A stretch of DNA of 64,000 nt from an uncultured Trueperaceae bacterium (GTDB lineage: Bacteria; Deinococcota; Deinococci; Deinococcales; Trueperaceae). The stretch covers positions 1 through 64,000 of the forward strand of contig CAWFFU010000009.1 of the NCBI GenBank assembly GCA_963815215.1. The letters are read 5' to 3'. Positions 61,702 to 64,000 of the stretch are shown in pieces. The notes beneath the pieces were generated by a model that worked only from the letters and a program-made list of their open reading frames with translations, made no database searches and was not told the origin of the DNA. A program made the translations under genes and the position numbers. Every line of letters begins with the position of its first letter. Position 1 is the first letter of the stretch.

Positions 61702-62292
61702 TCAAGGCTCGAGGCGCACGCGCAGCGCGCCCAGCAGCCCCAGCGCATCCGGCAGGGCTACACGCATGCCGGCGAGGCGGTTGTCGCAGGGGTCGACGCG
61801 GTAGTTACGGGCGCCCCGCAGGTCGGCGTCGCGTAGATCGATGCGGTGGAACACGGCGGCGTCGAAGTCCGTGCCGGTGAGGTCCACGCCACGCAGGTCG
61901 CACGCCTGGAACTCCGCCTCGCGTGCGGTGCAGTCGCGCAGGACGCAGCTCCGCAGGTCGAGATCGCGGAAGCTCGCGAGTGTCAGGTCGCAGCCTTCCA
62001 GGCTGAGCGAGATCCCCACGGCGTCACGCCGCACGTTGCCGAAGCGCACGCCCGTCAGCCGGCAGTCGCGGAAGGTCGTCCAATGGAGCAGCGCATCGGA
62101 GAGGTCGACCATGGCGAGCTCGCACCCCTCGAAGGTGCAGTCGGTGAGGTGAGCACCCCGCAGCGAGGCCTCGGAGAGGTCGCAGCCGTGGAAAGCGCAG
62201 TCGCTCACGAGGGCGCCCGCAAGGTCGGGCAGATCGCCGTCGCGGCCGGTGAAGGTGGCGCCTTCGATGCGGATCGGCTCCTGCCGGGACAT
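61702..62292 (-). CDS. Pentapeptide-repeat protein
   Basis: Repeated (A/C)DLxx units. Confidence 0.9.
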   Translation of the reverse strand: MSRQEPIRIEGATFTGRDGDLPDLAGALVSDCAFHGCDLSEASLRGAHLTDCTFEGCELAMVDLSDALLHWTTFRDCRLTGVRFGNVRRDAVGISLSLEGCDLTLASFRDLDLRSCVLRDCTAREAEFQACDLRGVDLTGTDFDAAVFHRIDLRDADLRGARNYRVDPCDNRLAGMRVALPDALGLLGALRVRLEP

Positions 62293-62482
62293 GGGCCCCA
62301 GTGTAGGCGAAGGCGACCGATCGAGCCCGGCGGTGCGTCGCCCGTCGCGTTCAGAACAGCGTCACACCGACCGCGAGGTGCGTGGAGTGGAGGGTGGCGG
62401 CGATGCTGGTGGCGCCCTGCTCGATCGCGGCACGCGAGGCGTTCCGACGCCGCACGGGCTGCTGCTAGAATCGAAGCCGCAC

Positions 62483-62559
62483 GGGCCCTTAGCTCAGTCG
62501 GTCAGAGCAGTCGACTCATAATCGATCGGTCGCTGGTTCAAGTCCAGCAGGGCCCACCA
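62483..62559 (+). tRNA. tRNA-Ile2 (anticodon CAU, lysidine type)
   Basis: GGGCCCT/AGGGCCC acceptor stem, A73, encoded CCA, anticodon loop CTCATAA, GGTTCAAGTCC; resembles ileX-type tRNAs; TGcTAGAAT promoter at 62463-62471. Confidence 0.88.
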
Positions 62560-63137
62560 CGGTTTCCTCGTCGGTGACGGCACTTCTGCGACTGCGTTTG
62601 ACGTCTGTTGGTGGACGTTCGTGGCATCTGTGTGCCGATTGCTTGAACGTCAACTGGTTCCTGAGCCTCGAGTGACCTCCTCGCCTGTGTTCCGTGCTGG
62701 CTCAACGCCCGGGGTCCTGTCCGGTGCGCCGCGTGAGCGGCCCCGCCTCGCGCGGCTGCCGCCGTCTTGTGGGGTCCGCCGGGCCACATCCATGGTCGGC
62801 GGGTCGGCAAGCAGTGGCTCTGCTACGCCAGGGGTAGGGTCGACTTCGAACGGAGTGTGACTTGGCTGCCAGGCCTCGGGCCCAATAGCGCTTCCTGTCG
62901 TATCGGTCGTGGGGTTTGCCAGTGGGGGTGCGGGTGCTGGGGGTCTGGCGTGATTGTGAACATTCCGTAGGCGTTGGGTGGGCGGAGTATGTTGCCGTAT
63001 GGAAGGACTGTCAATGTATCGGGTTCTGCACGTCGTCGTCCGAAGTGTCGTGGCTGGGTGCGTGCGGGCAACCGGGGGAAGCAGCGAGACCATAACGCTT
63101 GTCGAGATCCATCGGGCATGACCGTTTGGAGGCCGTT

Positions 63138-64000
63138 GTGAGGTACCGTCTTTCCCTCGTCGTGGTTGCGTTTGGAGTGGCCGTCCTCATCGCGGGGTGC
63201 ACCCAGCAGCCTGCGCCCGCCCCGATGGTGACCTCGTTGACGTCGAGTGCGGTGACGCTCGCCGCTTCCGGTGGGTCTGCGACCCTGAGTTGGAGCGGAA
63301 GCAACGTCACGGACTACAGCCTGACGGTGACTCCGAGCGCGGGCGTGATGGTGAACGGGACTGCCTACCGTGGCAGCGTCGACCTCGCGACCAGCACCGG
63401 CGCGAGCGTGACACTGCCGAGCAATGGCACCAGCAGTAGCGTTGCCTACACGTTCACGTTGACGGCGGCCGGAGGCAGGGGCACGACGGCATCGACGAAG
63501 ACCATCAAGGTGACGGTGGGAGCGGCTGGCCCGAGCATCGCTAGCTTCACGGCTAGCCCGAGCAGCGTGAGTAGCGCAGGTGGGTCCTCGAACCTGACTT
63601 GGACTGGCGGCGGCGTGACGGATTACAGCCTGACGGTCAGCCCGAGCGCGGGCGTGCAGGTCAATGGTTCTGCCTACAGTGGCAGCGTTGATCTGGCGAC
63701 CAGTACCAGCGCCACGGTGACGCTGCCGAGCACCAGCGGCGCGACCGGGGTGACGTACACCTTCATCCTGACGGCGTCGGGTGTCAGCGGCACCACGCCG
63801 GCCACGGAGACCGTTACGGTGGCGGTGGGGACTGCCGACCCGGCGATCGGCAGCTTCACGGCTAGCCCGGCGAGCGTGAGCGCTTCGGGCGGGTCCAGTA
63901 GCTTGTCGTGGACCGGTAGCGCGGTCACGGATTACAGCCTCACGGTGAGCCCGAGCGCGGGCGTGACGGTCAACGGGACTGCCTACAGTGGCAGCGTCGA
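63138..64000 (+). CDS. Surface lipoprotein with tandem 103-aa Ser/Thr-rich Ig-like repeats (runs off the window end; absent from the ORF track)
   Basis: RBS ggagg, GTG start, lipobox IAG-C; TDYSLTV recurs at 63309, 63618 and 63927 (309-nt period). Confidence 0.85.
   Translation, partial: MRYRLSLVVVAFGVAVLIAGCTQQPAPAPMVTSLTSSAVTLAASGGSATLSWSGSNVTDYSLTVTPSAGVMVNGTAYRGSVDLATSTGASVTLPSNGTSSSVAYTFTLTAAGGRGTTASTKTIKVTVGAAGPSIASFTASPSSVSSAGGSSNLTWTGGGVTDYSLTVSPSAGVQVNGSAYSGSVDLATSTSATVTLPSTSGATGVTYTFILTASGVSGTTPATETVTVAVGTADPAIGSFTASPASVSASGGSSSLSWTGSAVTDYSLTVSPSAGVTVNGTAYSGSV

Noticed and set aside
62483..62559. tRNA-Met or initiator tRNA
   Set aside because: The first base pair is matched and there is no triple G-C anticodon stem, so not initiator. 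Overall sequence resembles ileX-type tRNA, although elongator Met cannot be fully excluded by eye.

Overview
High-GC bacterial chromosome segment spanning the replication origin, almost certainly from the phylum Deinococcota (Trueperaceae-like is a guess). Support: the Thermus-type order parB-parA-rsmG-mnmG / dnaA-oriC-dnaN-eno-pyk, a tandem two-OB-fold SSB, and many leaderless genes with a bare TAnnnT -10 box. Housekeeping content includes oriC with about 12 DnaA boxes, two parS sites, rpsF-ssb-rpsR-rplI, mdh, dnaJ, miaA, greA, an Lpt-like trio and tRNA-Ile2(CAU). A heme cluster (hemA-C-D-B, a two-component system, hemE-F-H, then hemY) is split by a 7.4-kb accessory block. The most interesting items: (1) a five-gene operon in that block encoding an exported C39 peptidase, an Lnt-like N-acyltransferase, an exported double-glycine-leader protein with an aerolysin-like beta domain, an unknown exported protein and a TolC-like protein; (2) a membrane diguanylate cyclase fused in frame to an intact class I terpene synthase; (3) a ferrochelatase of the animal/fungal mitochondrial [2Fe-2S] type; (4) 11-bp-periodic TGACA boxes tying the embedded two-component system to the hemA promoter. 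Five genes carry +1 frameshifts that look like assembly errors. All calls come from reading motifs by eye; no database searches were run.
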